From: the human T2T-CHM13v2.0 reference genome, Homo sapiens
Assembly: GCF_009914755.1 (NCBI RefSeq)
Contig: NC_060926.1
Length of the DNA stretch: 64,000 bases
Reading direction: 5' to 3' (one strand)
The notes under the pieces were generated by a model, which was not told the origin of the DNA, made no database searches, and was given only the letters and a program-made list of their open reading frames with translations. Position numbers and translations under genes: made by a program. Shown piece after piece: positions 1 to 13,654 of the stretch (its first letter is position 1; each line of letters opens with the position of its first letter).

Positions 1-157
1 GGGGCATGGGTTGAAAAACTACCAATTGGTTACTATCCCCACTACCTGGGTGACAGGATTTGTATCCCAAACCTCAGCAACATGCAATATACCCATGTAA
101 AAAGCCTGCACATGTACCCCCGTATCTAAAATAAAAGTTGAAATTATATTTTAAAAA
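1..157 (+). mobile_element. L1 3' end (older primate L1PA15/16-like), truncated by window start
   Basis: L1 3'UTR terminus (..aaacctcagc..atgcaatatacccatgtaa..cctgcacatgtacccc..tctaaaataaaagttgaa) followed by an A-rich tail. Confidence 0.85.
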
Positions 158-159
158 AT

Positions 160-1117
160 GATGCATATGGGTGCCAAGTTGACAAGAGGTGAACTTGTGA
201 ACTTCATTTAGGTGTCAATTTGATTGGATTAAGGAATGCCTAGAAACCTGCCAAAGCATTATTTTGGGTGTGCCTATGAGGGTGTTTCCTGAGGAGATTA
301 CTGTGTGAGTCAGAGTGGACTAGGTGGGGAATAGCTGCCCTCCATACTGGTGAGCACTGTCCAATCTATTGGTGGCCCAGAGAGAGCAAATACAGAAAGC
401 AAATTGGCCTCTCTCTGAGAGCTAAGACAGACTTTTGTTCTGTGGCCTTGGACATCAGAATTCCAGGCTTACTTGGTCTTTGGATTGCAACGCTTTCACC
501 AGCAGCTTCCTGGGGTCCTGAGGCTTTCAGGCTTGGACTGTGAATTATACCATCAGGTTCCCTGGTTCTCAATGTAAAAACATTGAAAATTCCTCAATAA
601 ACGCAGATATCCTTTTTGTACATCTTTATTTGTGAAAGATAAAATTTCTCATGATCTCAGCCCTTTGGGCAACTGCATATGCAGCACCGACTGATCTCAA
701 AAAACTTAGATTATCTGTCACAGTATTTCAGATGACCACAGTTATAAAGCTGAGTGCACACAATTGCCAACTGTAGTGATATCCATTTATATATTTCTAT
801 TTTTGACCTATTTATGAATACAGTTTGCTCATAACTGTTATACCCATCCTACTGTCATTAGTATACCTGTTTATGTTTGCAAAAATATGTGTGCTATCAT
901 TGCTTATTTTATTGTGTAAGAGGCCTATGAAGTGTTTTGTCATGTTTTTATATGTTTCTCAATCAAATCCCCTTTTAAAAATACATAAACAAATGTCTTT
1001 TAAAGATTGCTTGAAGTATTTTTCCAGGATTATGTTTTTAAGATTTTGATCTTTTGGAATTTTAATGTCTGGGATTATTAGGTTTGAGATTGTACTTTTG
1101 GAGATTATAATCAGCTG
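160..1117 (+). mobile_element. Ricksha (MULE-type non-autonomous DNA transposon), right part, carrying an ERVL 3' end and MLT2B LTR fragment
   Basis: 160-197 is ERVL 3' internal/PPT-like (gggtgccaagttgacaagaggtgaac). ~198-570 is an MLT2-type LTR. 571-1117 is Ricksha body (cagtatttcagatgaccacagttataaagctg..) ending in periodic gatt subterminal repeats. Confidence 0.7.
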
Positions 1118-1119
1118 TT

Positions 1120-1525
<406 letters not shown>

Positions 1526-1855
1526 ATTCAAAGTATGTGCAGCCCTACTGCAAGCTGATGGTGTTATTGGCCTCTAAAACTTCCTGTGGTTAATGTATCA
1601 AGGTTCTTTATTAGTTTAGAACAATTTCTGGATACCAGCTCCCTCACTCCACAATATATCCTCTTTTAACACTCTTGCCATTGAAAAACTTTTTTCTTAG
1701 CATGGAAACCATGACTCCACCATCATCTCCCGGTTTGTGTTCTTTTTTTTTTTTTTACTTCCACTAGCATATAGCCTTATATATGCTCCCCGGATAATGG
1801 ATATAACTGCCTAATGCATAAGAATACTCTATGTGGCCAACACATAAGAAATCTG

Positions 1856-1860
1856 TCTCT

Positions 1861-1917
<57 letters not shown>

Positions 1918-1940
1918 CGAGAGCGAGCGCGCGTGCACGA
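1856..1940 (+). repeat. Compound microsatellite (CT)n(GT)20(GA)n(GAGC)n
   Basis: Directly visible. Confidence 0.97.
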
Positions 1941-4262
1941 GAAAGAAGATATAACTGAGACTAAAAGATTGCAAAATTTTTAAAAATAATTTTTCAGAAT
2001 TTGTCAAGATGAGACTTTTATGCTAAATTGAGCTCAATTGTTTCTTTAATCTGAAAAGAAACTTGAATCTCCTCAGTCTTCTCTGAGCTGCAGAAATGGG
2101 CAGTAACCCAATCCTCTTCTGCTGCTCAAGAAGCAGGCCCAATACAGATGTCAGCACACCCTCACTGAGGACTTTTCCATGTCAAACACTATATGCGGCA
2201 TTGAAACAAGGATCCTAAGGCAGCTTTTGCTCTCAGGGCTTCCTCTGTGCACAATTCCCAGGGCACATTTCCCTTATGAGTTTCTGTGCATGACAGCTCT
2301 AGTCTCGATGTACGTGCTTGTGATACTATCTACTCAGATACAGCTCCTAGTCTCAAGATTGCAATGTGACATGGGAAGTGCTGGAATAGAGATAGGACAA
2401 AAACATTCAAGAGGTGAAAGTGGTTCCATAAAGATAGTAGTGTCTGAGGAGAGTCTTAGGGGCTATATTGAATTTAGACAAGGAAAAAGAAGGGCAGGTG
2501 ATTATACCAGAGGGAAACAGCAATCCCTAAAGACATGAAGGAGCAAACAAGCAAGAAAAGTGCTGAAGTTCAGATAAAATTCCACATTGCTCTGGCTGCT
2601 CCAAAGAAATTAGGTCTGACTATGCTGAGGCAGCAAGGAAAGAAAGAACTGAAGAGTGGACGTACTTTAAGATGGGGCACACGTCTCCAGTGTGTTCCAG
2701 TGGTCTACTTCACCCTCTTTGCCTGGCCCAGCCCACATACCTCATTTGCAATACCCAAGTGGCCCATAGGCATTTTACTTTCTCATCCCCGGCTTAACAT
2801 GACAAGTCCAAATTCTTCAGTCTGGCATTCTTGCCGTCTCCCTGCAATGACCATCCCCTTCAGCAATAGAGAGAAGCTGCAGCTCCCATCACTTCCAAAG
2901 AGAGTCCCAGGTATCCTGCTTAGAGTATATTCCCTCTACAGCGCTCGACAGCCCTCACACATTTCTTGTTCCTCCCCTCTTTATCTATTTGAAAGGCTGT
3001 CTGCTTTTCTCAAGTATCTCATTCCTATACTTTAAAGACACACATCAAAGATTTATTTCTCCCATGAAGACTGTCAGATTAATCTCCATATCAACTGGTT
3101 TTGTCTGAATCATTTTAGTAAATACAATTAGCAAAGGAGTTTATGAAAATTTTACCAAAGTCATAGAGTTAGCAAGAGATAAAGTCAGGATTTGAATCCA
3201 TGGTGTCTGATTATAAAAGGCAAACTCTGGCATTCACATGACAAACTAGAACACAGAGAAAAACACATCCATGCTTTTAATTGTCGTTTGAATTCTTCCC
3301 TGCTTTTTGTTTGTTTGCTTTTGAATTTACATTGTTCCTTTTCAGAATGCTTCTAAATCCTTAAATTCTAAGGACTGAATCTACCACTTTGTATATTCTA
3401 TATTACTTAGATTTAGATTCAGAGTCAATTATTGTCATTTGACTATCGACTTTGATGCAGACATCCAGTGGAGTTTTTCCATGTACCCTTATCAAATCTG
3501 TAAGACACTGAGATACACGTATTATTATTTGTGCTTTTCAGACTTAGTCACTATTTAAATCATTATAGAGGGTAAAAGACTGAATATGAATATAGGGGTC
3601 CTGACATCAAGCTCCAAGTTCTTTCCACTACAAAACTGATTGCTTAACATCATACTAGATACAGAGAGGACATTTCATTAATGCTTTTTAGGTGAATGAA
3701 TAGTTTTAAAAAAAGAATTCAATGACAATGTAATAAAAATAACCCAAGTAGAGATCTGTATTATGATAATATAAACTTCCTACAAATCAATCAATTACAT
3801 GGTTATCATCATGAAGGGAATGCAAAACCAAAGAATATTTTGAGAAGGAAATTAAGCAATGGTCCTTGAAAGATTAAATAGTACAGAGGTGCAGGACAGA
3901 ATAAAATGGGAGAGATTAAATGGACAAAATGACAAAGTGTACAGTTAGGAGACAGGTGTAGCTCAAATGTGATACATTAAAGGAATGCCCTTGCTACTGG
4001 TCAGAATTTTAAAGTGTCCATTTCTCCCTATATAGCACAAATGCTCTGAATTAAAATTGAGACTGGCTATTTGCACATTCATCCTCTTGTCACTTTAATC
4101 TATTGCCGCTCATGTATCCCCTGTGGAATTTGTAGACATTTTTAATTCCCCACGAGATAAAGTGGGACAGGATGGAATAGACCATGTCTTACTAATCTTT
4201 GAATACTTTAAGACAACATTACTCACACTGTGTCCAAATGAAGTTCAGAAATACGGCAGGAA

Positions 4263-4592
4263 GTTCAGTTGTGGTGGCTCATGCCTGCAATCCCGGCACT
4301 TTGGGAGGCCAAGGCAGGTGGATTGCTTGGGCCTAGGAGTTTGAGACCAGCCTAGACAACATGGTGAAACCCTATCTCTACAAAAAATTGAAAAATTAGC
4401 CAGGCATGGTGGTGCACACCTGTAGTCCCAGCTACTCGGGAGGCTGAGGTGGTAGGATCACCTGAGGATAGAGAGGTCAAGGCTACAGTGAGCCATGAAT
4501 GCTCCACTGCACTCCAGCCTGGATGACAGAGTCAGACCTTCACTGTCTCCAAAAAAGAAAGAAAGAAAAGAACAAAAACAACAAAAAATAAA
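4263..4592 (+). mobile_element. AluJ
   Basis: Dimeric Alu with J-type diagnostics (gaggtcaaggctacagtgagccatg) and A-rich tail. Confidence 0.92.
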
Positions 4593-5049
4593 GAAATACC
4601 GTGGGAGGAAAAAGCACGTGTCTGGTGTAGAATTTTTCAAAACTTTACTTTCCTATCTTATGAATTGCCAAAAGGGAGATATGGTTTGCAGTTCTCCCCA
4701 AACTTTTAGGACCACAGCTTCTTCCTATCTGTACTCCTTCAGGGGTGCTTATTCCCTAGGGATCAATTTCCCTGAGTACAGAAGGGATAACATTGTTCAA
4801 AAGATTTCTCATAGTGCTACAATTGAAGATGTCTTCTAAATGTTCATCGAATGAAAGAGTGCCTCTGTAAAAATAATCACATTTTATACTTTAATTATGT
4901 TGTTTTACAATCTCTCTGGAATTTTAGTATTGCTACTTATATTGTGATGTTGTTTCTACAACTTAATTGCCTCTACATTTGTTGACCCATGTCAACAAGG
5001 AGCACACATCACATTGTCTCATATTGGATAGTATGTCTCTAAGCTTAGG

Positions 5050-5380
5050 TTCAGTTATTTTGTAGAAGACAACATCCACAGAGTCTTGGCGGCTTAGATA
5101 ACAAAGGCTTATTTCTTGCTTATGTCACCAGTCCTGTGCAGGTGGTCCATCGCTCTGGTCCATGTTATCTGCATTCTGGGATCCAGCCTAAGGGAGCATA
5201 TCTGAAACATTCCAGTCTCTTGACAAAAGGTAAAGAGAACATGGTGAACCCTCACAATGTGTTTAAAACTTATGCTCTGATGTGTAAGACATCACTTTCA
5301 CTCATACTTCTTTGGACTAAGCAAGTAACACAGCTAAACCCCTGTCACAAGAAGAGGGCAGCAAATAGTTTAACATAAAA
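5050..5380. mobile_element. Old ERVL-class LTR (LTR33-like)
   Basis: acaaaggcttatttcttgcttatg.. motif, resembling 59915-60260. Confidence 0.45.
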
Positions 5381-5559
5381 AGATCCATCCACTATGCTGA
5401 GTTTTCTTCTTCTAATAAAGCCCGGGTCTTATAAAGAGGTAACAGAGTAAATTATCAAATCATGCTGGCTTAAACATTTAGCAGGCACAGTAACGAAAGC
5501 AATTATTACAGTTTTATTTTTTAATCCCATATTCTAATAGACATACTCAATATTCAGAT

Positions 5560-5604
5560 TTACCCTTGTATGAATTTCCTTTGTATGAATTACCCTTGTA
5601 TGAA
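5560..5604 (+). repeat. 3 x 15-bp tandem repeat (ttacccttgtatgaa)
   Basis: Units at 5560, 5575 (variant) and 5590. Confidence 0.9.
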
Positions 5605-7609
5605 TCTCATTGAGATACGTGCCTCTGCCTCTGGAACATGAAAAGTCCATCTCTTCTTCCTCCTTCTAAAGATATAGTGAATTTAGGGAATAATATATTC
5701 TGCTTTTAAGTAGTGGTAAATACCCCCATTCTAATCCATTCCCCGATTGCCAAACACAATTGATGCTGATTAAAGATAGAACAAACTAAAAATATTATTT
5801 GTCTGTGTAAAAGTAATTTTAATCATGAACCTTAAATTGAACTGTTTACAATGTATGCCTGTTTACTCTGCAACACAATAAGGATTATGTGTTCCATAAA
5901 AAGTCAGATAAACTGTGTTGAAAGTTTTATTTTATCACAACAGTAAACTCTGTTCACATATTTACATATTGTTTGGGAATCACGAATCATCTGCTCACAA
6001 TCTAGAATACTAATGATCATGGTGATGTACAGCACATGGTCGATAACGTTTTTCATCTGTACCTTGAATACACCATGACTCCACTGATGATCATAAACCT
6101 CCACCATTTTGTTCCATTTAGTAAAAGTTACATTTTCTCGACTAACTTATTTCTTGCATAGTAAATGTCCTAATTTATAAGGTCGATAGGATATATAAAA
6201 GCAAATGAATAATATATGTAAACTCAAGTTTGTCATCATCATATAGATTCTTATTTTGTGTAGTTAATAAAAGTTCTACTTTGACCAGACCTCCCAAAAA
6301 TTGTATCATATAATCTGTAGTTTATGCACTAGGAGATTAGTTTTCAAATGCACAATGAAGTGCGCTATAATTTGTAATTAAACATATATAAAGCACTTAT
6401 TTGTAAATTATTTTCTTAGTATATAAAGTAAAACAAATATAAGGGTATCCACAGAGCAATAAAACTCTCATCTAGTTAGTTTATGGCGTGTTTTCTTGAA
6501 AGGAAGGAAAATAAACAGATTTGGAACTATTATACCGAGAACTGAACATGACCACAATACGCATTGGGAATGTGCTGTGCATATGCCTATTATCCAAAAT
6601 GTCTACAGCTGCTCCCGCAAAAAGTTTGAGGGAAATAGGCAATTATATGGTTTCTGGGAGTCAGAATTTTTAGAACTTGAAAAAAAATTAGATATTATCT
6701 AGGATCATTATGTTATCAAATTCTAGAGATACCATCTCCCTTCATTTTATGTGACTGGCACATCTGAGTGATACATAGACTACAATGAAAATGGTGCCCC
6801 CTGCAGCATGAAATTAGCAATATCACATCCACCTCTCATTTAATACATTTGGAAACTCAGACCCACAGAGAGGAATCCTCTGCCCTGACAGCTCCAGAAG
6901 CCTAGCTTTGACGTAGGAAGGGTAAGTCCATGAAAAGTTGGTGTTGACAAGTCCTCCATGCCATCTGAAATTCTACAAGTATGATCTTGTATCTGTGTTG
7001 AAGTCTTGTACATTTAGAATTGAATTGCTTTTCCCCATTATTTATTTGTTCAGTGTTCTAGAAATAAAGAAGAAAGCCAGTTTTGGTAGAGGAAATAAGT
7101 AGGATCTCCCAGGTCTGGGTAGCAGGAACAAGAGGTAAATTATGTCTATAGAAGGCAGTAGTGCAAGGAGTCTGAACAGGAATTTGATGATATCCAAAGC
7201 AAATTATACTTATGCAACATAGTCTATATAGTCAGGTCCACTGTTAATCTCTCCTCCTTACGCTGCTCTTTGGATTTTAAAATCCACCCCTAAAACTGAA
7301 CTATTTGGTTTCTTCTTATGGTGTATGAAGAAACATACAATGTGTATGAAATACCTACTCTGAGGGAAATTTTAGTTGGCTCTAATATTTCTTTATTATT
7401 TAGTCGCATTGTACAGACACAAACTAATGTGGTACCAATCTAACAAAGAATGTGGACACATTTAATGGAAAGCAACACTCGAATCCATGTGATAGAATAA
7501 AACAGGATTTAGGAAAAACAGAAGTGGATAAGAAAGACAAAATAACACTAGTTTAGGTTAACACCATGAGCTAGACATTTTATTAACCTTCTTGGCTTTT
7601 GTTGTCGTT

Positions 7610-8040
7610 GTTCTTAATAAAAGAACCTGCCAGTTTTTAGCTATGTAAAAGGCACAGGAATCGAAAACACATTTCTCAGCTTCCTTTGAAACTAAGGTGT
7701 GGTTATGTGACTGAGTTCTGGTGAGCAAAATAGAAGTGTGTTACAGCTTCTTAAAGATGCCCTAAAAAGGATGATATTGTGTGCTGTTTGCACGTTTCTT
7801 CATTACCATTTTTTCCATCCTGCTGTCTGGTACACAGATGTGTTGGTAGGAGTCTGACAATGTGTCAGAGTGGTGAATTGAAACTGACCTAAGTTTCTGA
7901 CATCTTTGAGGAGCCACATAGCAACCCTGCATCTCCTATCTCAGAACATTTTTCCATGTAGTCAAAATAAACTTTTATCTCATTTAAACTACATCATTTG
8001 AGGTTTTTGTTATCTGAAACTAAACATAATCCTAACTGAT
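7610..8040 (+). mobile_element. Old ERVL LTR (LTR16-like)
   Basis: catttctcagcttcc..tgtggttatgtgactgagttctgg, and terminal aaataaactttt..aatcctaactgata. Confidence 0.6.
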
Positions 8041-8494
8041 ATTCTCTTAATTTACAGATGCAAAACCTGGGAACAAAATAAAATACCTATTCAATTGCAA
8101 AGTGGTAGGAAGAGTAGTTATACAAAAGCTATTTATGACTGCAAAATCTGTATTATTTCCCAGAGAATACACAACTTTCTGGTTAGCATAAGAGTTACTA
8201 GAAACAGAAGATAGCCCAAAGGCAATTTTAAAAAGGGGCCAGATTACAGTCTTTGAGGTCTGAAGTAATCACTCAAATCTTATTCACTCAACACTGACCA
8301 CAGCAAAATTTTTGCTCATCATTAGTTATGGGTGATAAATAAGTAATGGGCAAAGTCAAAACTGATCCTTGGATTTTTATGCTTGATTGGCTAAGTAAAT
8401 GGTGGTGGTGCTGTTTGTGCAATTGCTAACAAATACAAAACCAACCCATTACTTAAGGTTCAGTACTTGAGCCCTCTCTGCGTCCTCAGCCCTT

Positions 8495-9662
8495 TGCTAT
8501 GATACCTTCTCCACTTGGTGCTCTACCCGCCTATGGCTAAGCTGATACCTAAGGTGAAAGACAAAGTCCTCTTTATATTTACTTCCACTTTTCTCAAGCA
8601 GATGGAGTCTCTCCCCATAGCCACTATGGCTGGGAATGTGCTGAGTCTCATTTAAAGCCAGCAAGTGCCAGACTCATACCCAAGGCCCACGGCATACTAC
8701 CTGAGTATTGCTGCCAGTTATTCAGGGTCCAAAGGCTCTTTAGTCAGCAAGTGATGGATCCTGCTAGGAGGAGGTCCTTTCTTTTGAGGCAGTGAGTTCC
8801 CTTCTGGCCCAAGGTGTGTCTAGAAATGTTATCCAGAAGCTAGGGCCTAAAAAGGGGGCCTCATTACTCTGACTGGTGCTCCATCCTACTGTGGCAGAGC
8901 TGGTATCCAAAACGCAAGACAACGTCCTCTTTACCCTTCCCTCTCCTCTTCTCTCCTCAAGTGGAAGAAGGAAATCTCCTGTGGAGCCATGAGCTATGCA
9001 GCCTGGGGTTGGGAGAGTGGTGGCACAAGCACTCTCTTAGCTGCCCCATCTGTTGTCTCTGTAGATCACATACCCCCGTTACCAAGTCCACAGGACCTGA
9101 GCCCAGTTTAGCAATAGGACTCACCTAGGAGTTGTAATCCCTGTGACCTAGACTGCCTTTCAAGTTTATTTAGGGCCTCAGACCCCTTTAGCCCACAGTG
9201 GTGAGGTTTTCTGGAACTCAAGTCCTGACCTGGGTGCTTCGAGTTGCCCACTGGGTTGGGCAATTCCTCTCAGGCTACGGCTGGTTTAAATGTTCCCTTC
9301 AGGGTAGGCATCAGCTGAGTTCAGCCTGGTTTTGCTTTCTGCTATGACGGGGCAGCACTAAGTTCAATGCAATGTCTTACAATTGCTGCACTCTCCCCAT
9401 CCCAAATGCATAATTCTCTCTCTATACCACACAGCCACTGCCAGAATGTGAGTGAGGGGTGGTGTCGGTGATTCAAGACTGTTTGTTCTACCCTCCCTCT
9501 TTAAAGCCTCTTTCAGTGATATGAAGTCAAAACCAGGTATTGTGAGTGCTCACTTGATTTTCAGTTCTTACAAAGGTGCCTTTTTGTGTGGGTAGTTGTT
9601 AAATTGGTGTCCTTGTAGGGCAGATAGTTGGTGGAACCTTCTATTTGGCCATCTTGCTCCAA
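8495..9662 (-). mobile_element. Isolated L1 5'UTR (L1M1/L1M2/L1PB-age)
   Basis: Reverse complement starts ggagcaagatggccaaatagaagg (YY1-type L1 start). GC-rich monomer-like internal repeats at ~8540 and ~8900. Confidence 0.75.
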
Positions 9663-9669
9663 CTACCAT

Positions 9670-9890
9670 AATTTTTGAAGAAATAATGAAGATAAACAAT
9701 ATTTGAAGATTGGAATAACTAGTGGATATGAAAATATCTATTATTCCTATCGATGGCAAAGTCATAGTTATTGCTAAAGCTACTGTGGTTTATTGGCTAC
9801 ACATATAATTAAATGAAATATTAAATTTTAATTACAAGTTAGAGAAAATAAAGTGTAATTTTTTTCTCTTCCAAGTACATGGACCAAGTG
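9670..9890. mobile_element. hAT/Charlie-type DNA transposon fragment
   Basis: gatggcaaagtcatag..ctactgtggtttattg..aaaataaagtgtaattttt..ccaagtacatggacc resembles a recalled Charlie end. Confidence 0.4.
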
Positions 9891-10829
9891 AAGATGCCCT
9901 GCTATATAAATGGAAGATGCTGACTTCAGTGAAAACATCTGATAGGAATAGAAGACTTTGCCTGAGTCCAGGTTGCACAAAACCCACCACCTTTCACCTC
10001 TTTCCTCTTCTCTATTCTCATTCTATGTGGGATAGGCTTCATCTCTCAGCTCTAGGGGAACAATATTTAACCAAAAATGACCAGTAAAACTACCCGTGCC
10101 TCCTAGGAGACCCTCACTCTTTCTCACAGGATGTGATTATTAAAATTATTGCTGTTACTTTGTGATGTGGAAGAAATAACTGTTTTTAAGACTAGAGTCA
10201 ATATTAAGAATAACACAACTAAAGGACAGAGAGGAACTTGGTCCAGAGGAAATAATGCAGTCTTTGATCAAGTCTTTCCTGACAACAACTATCTCTGGAC
10301 TTTATATTATACCTCCTTTTCTTAAACCATGTTGGGTTTCGTTTTCCAGCACTTGCAAATGACATATAAATGTAGGATGGAGGTTTCAGGAAGATATTCC
10401 AATGGAAGCGATATTTTAGTTGAAGCCCAAGGATAGATTGGAATTAACTATTTGGGATAAAAGAAGAGAGGTAATTTTCCAAGCAGAAGAAAGAACATGT
10501 ACCCAGGAAATATGGCTGGGGAGAACACGGTGTGTACAAAAGAAAGAAACTGATAAAATTTCAGGTCAATTAGAGCACAAAGAACAAGGGACAGAAAGTA
10601 GTAAGGTGAGGATGGAAAGGAGCGTGCACAGCTGTGGAGTCAGATGTAATGGCTTTGGTCATTATTGTAAGAGAAACTAGATGTCATGAAAATGATTGAA
10701 GCAAGAGAATGACATGATAATCTAAGTATTTGAGATCACACTATCCATAATATGCAGATCAAATGAGAAGTACAGGATAACCAGTTAAAAAGCTATTGCA
10801 AAAGTTGTTTTAAAAAACACTGAAAAGGC

Positions 10830-11065
10830 GAGGCAGGAGTCACAGAGAAGATATCATGACAGGAGCAGAGGTCAGAGTGATGTGGAACCAAAAGCCAAGG
10901 AATAGGAATTGCTTCCAGGAGCTGGGAAAGGCAAGGAAACAAAATTTCCACTAGATTCTCAAGTAGGAAATCAGTTTTCTCAATAACTTGACTTTAGCCC
11001 CATAAGACCCATTTCACACTTCTAACTTCCAGAACTGTAAGATAATAAATTTGTATTCTTTTAGC
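10830..11065 (+). mobile_element. MLT1 (MaLR) LTR fragment, MLT1D-like
   Basis: agccaaggaat..ggagctgggaaaggcaaggaaac..cttctaacttccagaactgtaagataataaatttgt. Confidence 0.8.
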
Positions 11066-11224
11066 AAAAAAACAAACCCAGCAATTGCAGTCATCCATGA
11101 GAAAGGTGATGATAGCTTGCTTGGACCAGTATGCTACTCTGTTGCAGCAGTAGAAATTGAGAGAAATAGAAAGAAATTGAGAAATATTTAGGAGCTAAAA
11201 TTGATAGGTCTTGATGATACCAAA

Positions 11225-12225
11225 CCTGACCTCTGAATGTTGGACTGCACCAGAGATTCATTTTAGGCTTTCTTCTCTAGTCCCACTCTTTCCCTAGAAT
11301 ATCTCATCGCATTCCAAATATGGTCTCCAGCCCTGACCTCTTCTTCAAACTCTGTATTACACTCATTCTATTTCAAAGTCTCAAAGGCATGCCCAATCTA
11401 TCCATCACCACCACCACCCTACTTTTGTCACATCACCACTGACACCTTTCCCACATCAGTAAGTGACACCACCCTTCTATCTATCTAGTTGCCCAAGCCT
11501 GGGAGTCATCTTTGATTTCTCTTTTTTCCTCATTCCCCACATTGAGCAATTTCCTGCTTACGGTTTTCTCTATCTTCAAAATACTTCTTTAATCTGTTTG
11601 TTTTCTCACCTCAACTACAAATACCCAAGTCCAACCATGTCTCTCACCTGAGTTAATTCAAAAAATACTTAAATGGAGTTCTTGCCTCTGCATCTTCCAA
11701 TCCGTTTTTAAAATAGGGTCAGAGTGATAGTTAAAAATACAAGCCCTACAATGTTTTTCTCTGCATATTACGGTAGCCATATTATCACCCTTCATTAGCT
11801 TCCCTTTACATTTCCTTCTCTGCTTTCTCTTTTCCCCTTAGACACAATGTTCCAGCCATGCTGGTCTTCTGGACACCAAATCTCTTCTTATCTTCAGACC
11901 ATTGTACTTGCTGTTTCCTCTGCCTGAAATGATCTTCACCTCTAGCTCACACCTTCCCTGTTCACAATCACCTCCCTGAAGAAGCCTTCCCTAACTATGA
12001 CATCTAAATTTGGCTTCCCCTAGTCCATCCAGTGTCTCCCTATGGCATGTTTGATTTTCTTTTGAACATCTTTCAAAATATGTATCCGCTTGCTTGTTAT
12101 CATCTCCTTCCTTTCACTACGTATGCTGCATGATGACAAGAAAGTTGTTTATACCACCACGCCCCTAGCACTTTAGAGAATGGTGGTGCTTAGGAGGTAC
12201 TCAATAATCACTTGATGAATGAAAA
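11225..12225 (+). mobile_element. L2 3' portion (plus strand)
   Basis: tctccagccctgacctc..ctgggagtcatctttga..gctgtttcctctgcctgaaatg, ending cccctagcac..ggtactcaataa..tgaatgaa. Confidence 0.75.
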
Positions 12226-13654
12226 ATAAGGGAATGGATTAGCTGTGATGTGTGAAGAGATATGAAGTTTCAAAAATCATCCCTCAGTTTCTGATTTGTT
12301 CCTTGACAAATGACTATGCCAATTACTGAGAGAGGGGATTCCAAAAGAAGACCAGTCTTAGGGGAAAGATCATGAACTTTGAACAGTGGACTTGGATATG
12401 CCTTTGAGACTTCCATGTGATGATATAAAATGGGCAACTGAATTTATGGGTTTAGAATGCAGAAAACAGAATTGTGTTGGACATAGAAATGTAAGTAATA
12501 TAATTGGCATACAATCAGGAACTGGATATATGGGCGTAAAGATAGACTTGGGCATGTCCCGATGATATTTTCCTGTGGTTCTCCAGCTATTTTATCTGCA
12601 TGTTTTCTTTAAAATATTATTGTCTGCACAATTTCTATTTTCCAAAAGCATCTTGTACCATGCATTGCCATATGTCTACTGTCAATTTCAATCAAATATT
12701 GCCAAAAGGTATCCTTGAAAGAATGCCTGTTTATGCCACTTTACTCACCAAATTACACTCATAGATAAACCAGTACCCATTTCCTTTTAACATTTGGTAT
12801 TTTTATTTTTTCATTTCACTTATACTTTCTCATTATGAGTAAGCAGGGACTATACTGAAAGTCTTCCATTGATTTGACAATGAAATAAATATTTCTTCTT
12901 CCTTCGATGGCTTGATACAGTCTTCTTTGGCAATCCTATATTCAAAACCAGAGTTTTTTGATCCAATGAGGGGAAATAAACAAAGCTGTAACAATAGAGA
13001 CAGTCAATACATAAAATATCTCCTACCGCCACTTTCTAATTATTTTTGTTTTGTTTGTTTTAAACATATTGCCTGAGGTTTTAGATGTTACCTGGTCAGG
13101 CAAGTAATGTGAGATCAGCCCTCTGGACTCAAACACCTAGTATATTCAGTCTGAGAAAGTCATTTCATGGAGGCAATTAGTTCAACTAACTGCTTGATTG
13201 CTCTGGTAAAATTGGCCAGTTGTCTGACCTTCTGTAGAACCTGGGAAGAAATTTTCTTCCCCCCATGAGTCTGGCAAAGATATTGTTTCTGCTTTCTCCA
13301 GATCAAAGGGGAACATCAGACTCCTGGGGCTTAAGTGACCCGACATTTTGTTGCATTAACACATTCAAGGAAAATATATGGGAAGAAACTCTTATTTCAG
13401 GGTTTAGTGAAAATCCAATTGTTGAACTTTGAGGGTACTTTTTGAATTGTAATAAAGCACATATTGAAGAGGATCTCCTAGTCATATATAGACAAATTCA
13501 ATAAATACATTATAACTGCCAGTGAAAGTTCACTATTTTAGCTAGTGCTTGCTGCTAGTGACTTCCAAATTGTGGATCCCCAGAATTGTTGGGCAGACTT
13601 TCAGGGTGCTACAGAGGAGAAAATAATGCCAATGAGGCAAGACTTAAATTTGCA

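Larger units (their letters stand above)
10380..12480 (-). mobile_element. L2 (minus strand), interrupted by MLT1 and by a second, plus-strand L2
   Basis: GA-rich reverse L2 motifs. Sequence at ~11180-11220 resumes at ~12235. Confidence 0.6.

Noticed and set aside
2179-3035. Tandem 119-aa and 166-aa ORFs resembling an operon
   Set aside because: No recognisable domain or splice structure; likely chance ORFs in eukaryotic non-coding DNA.
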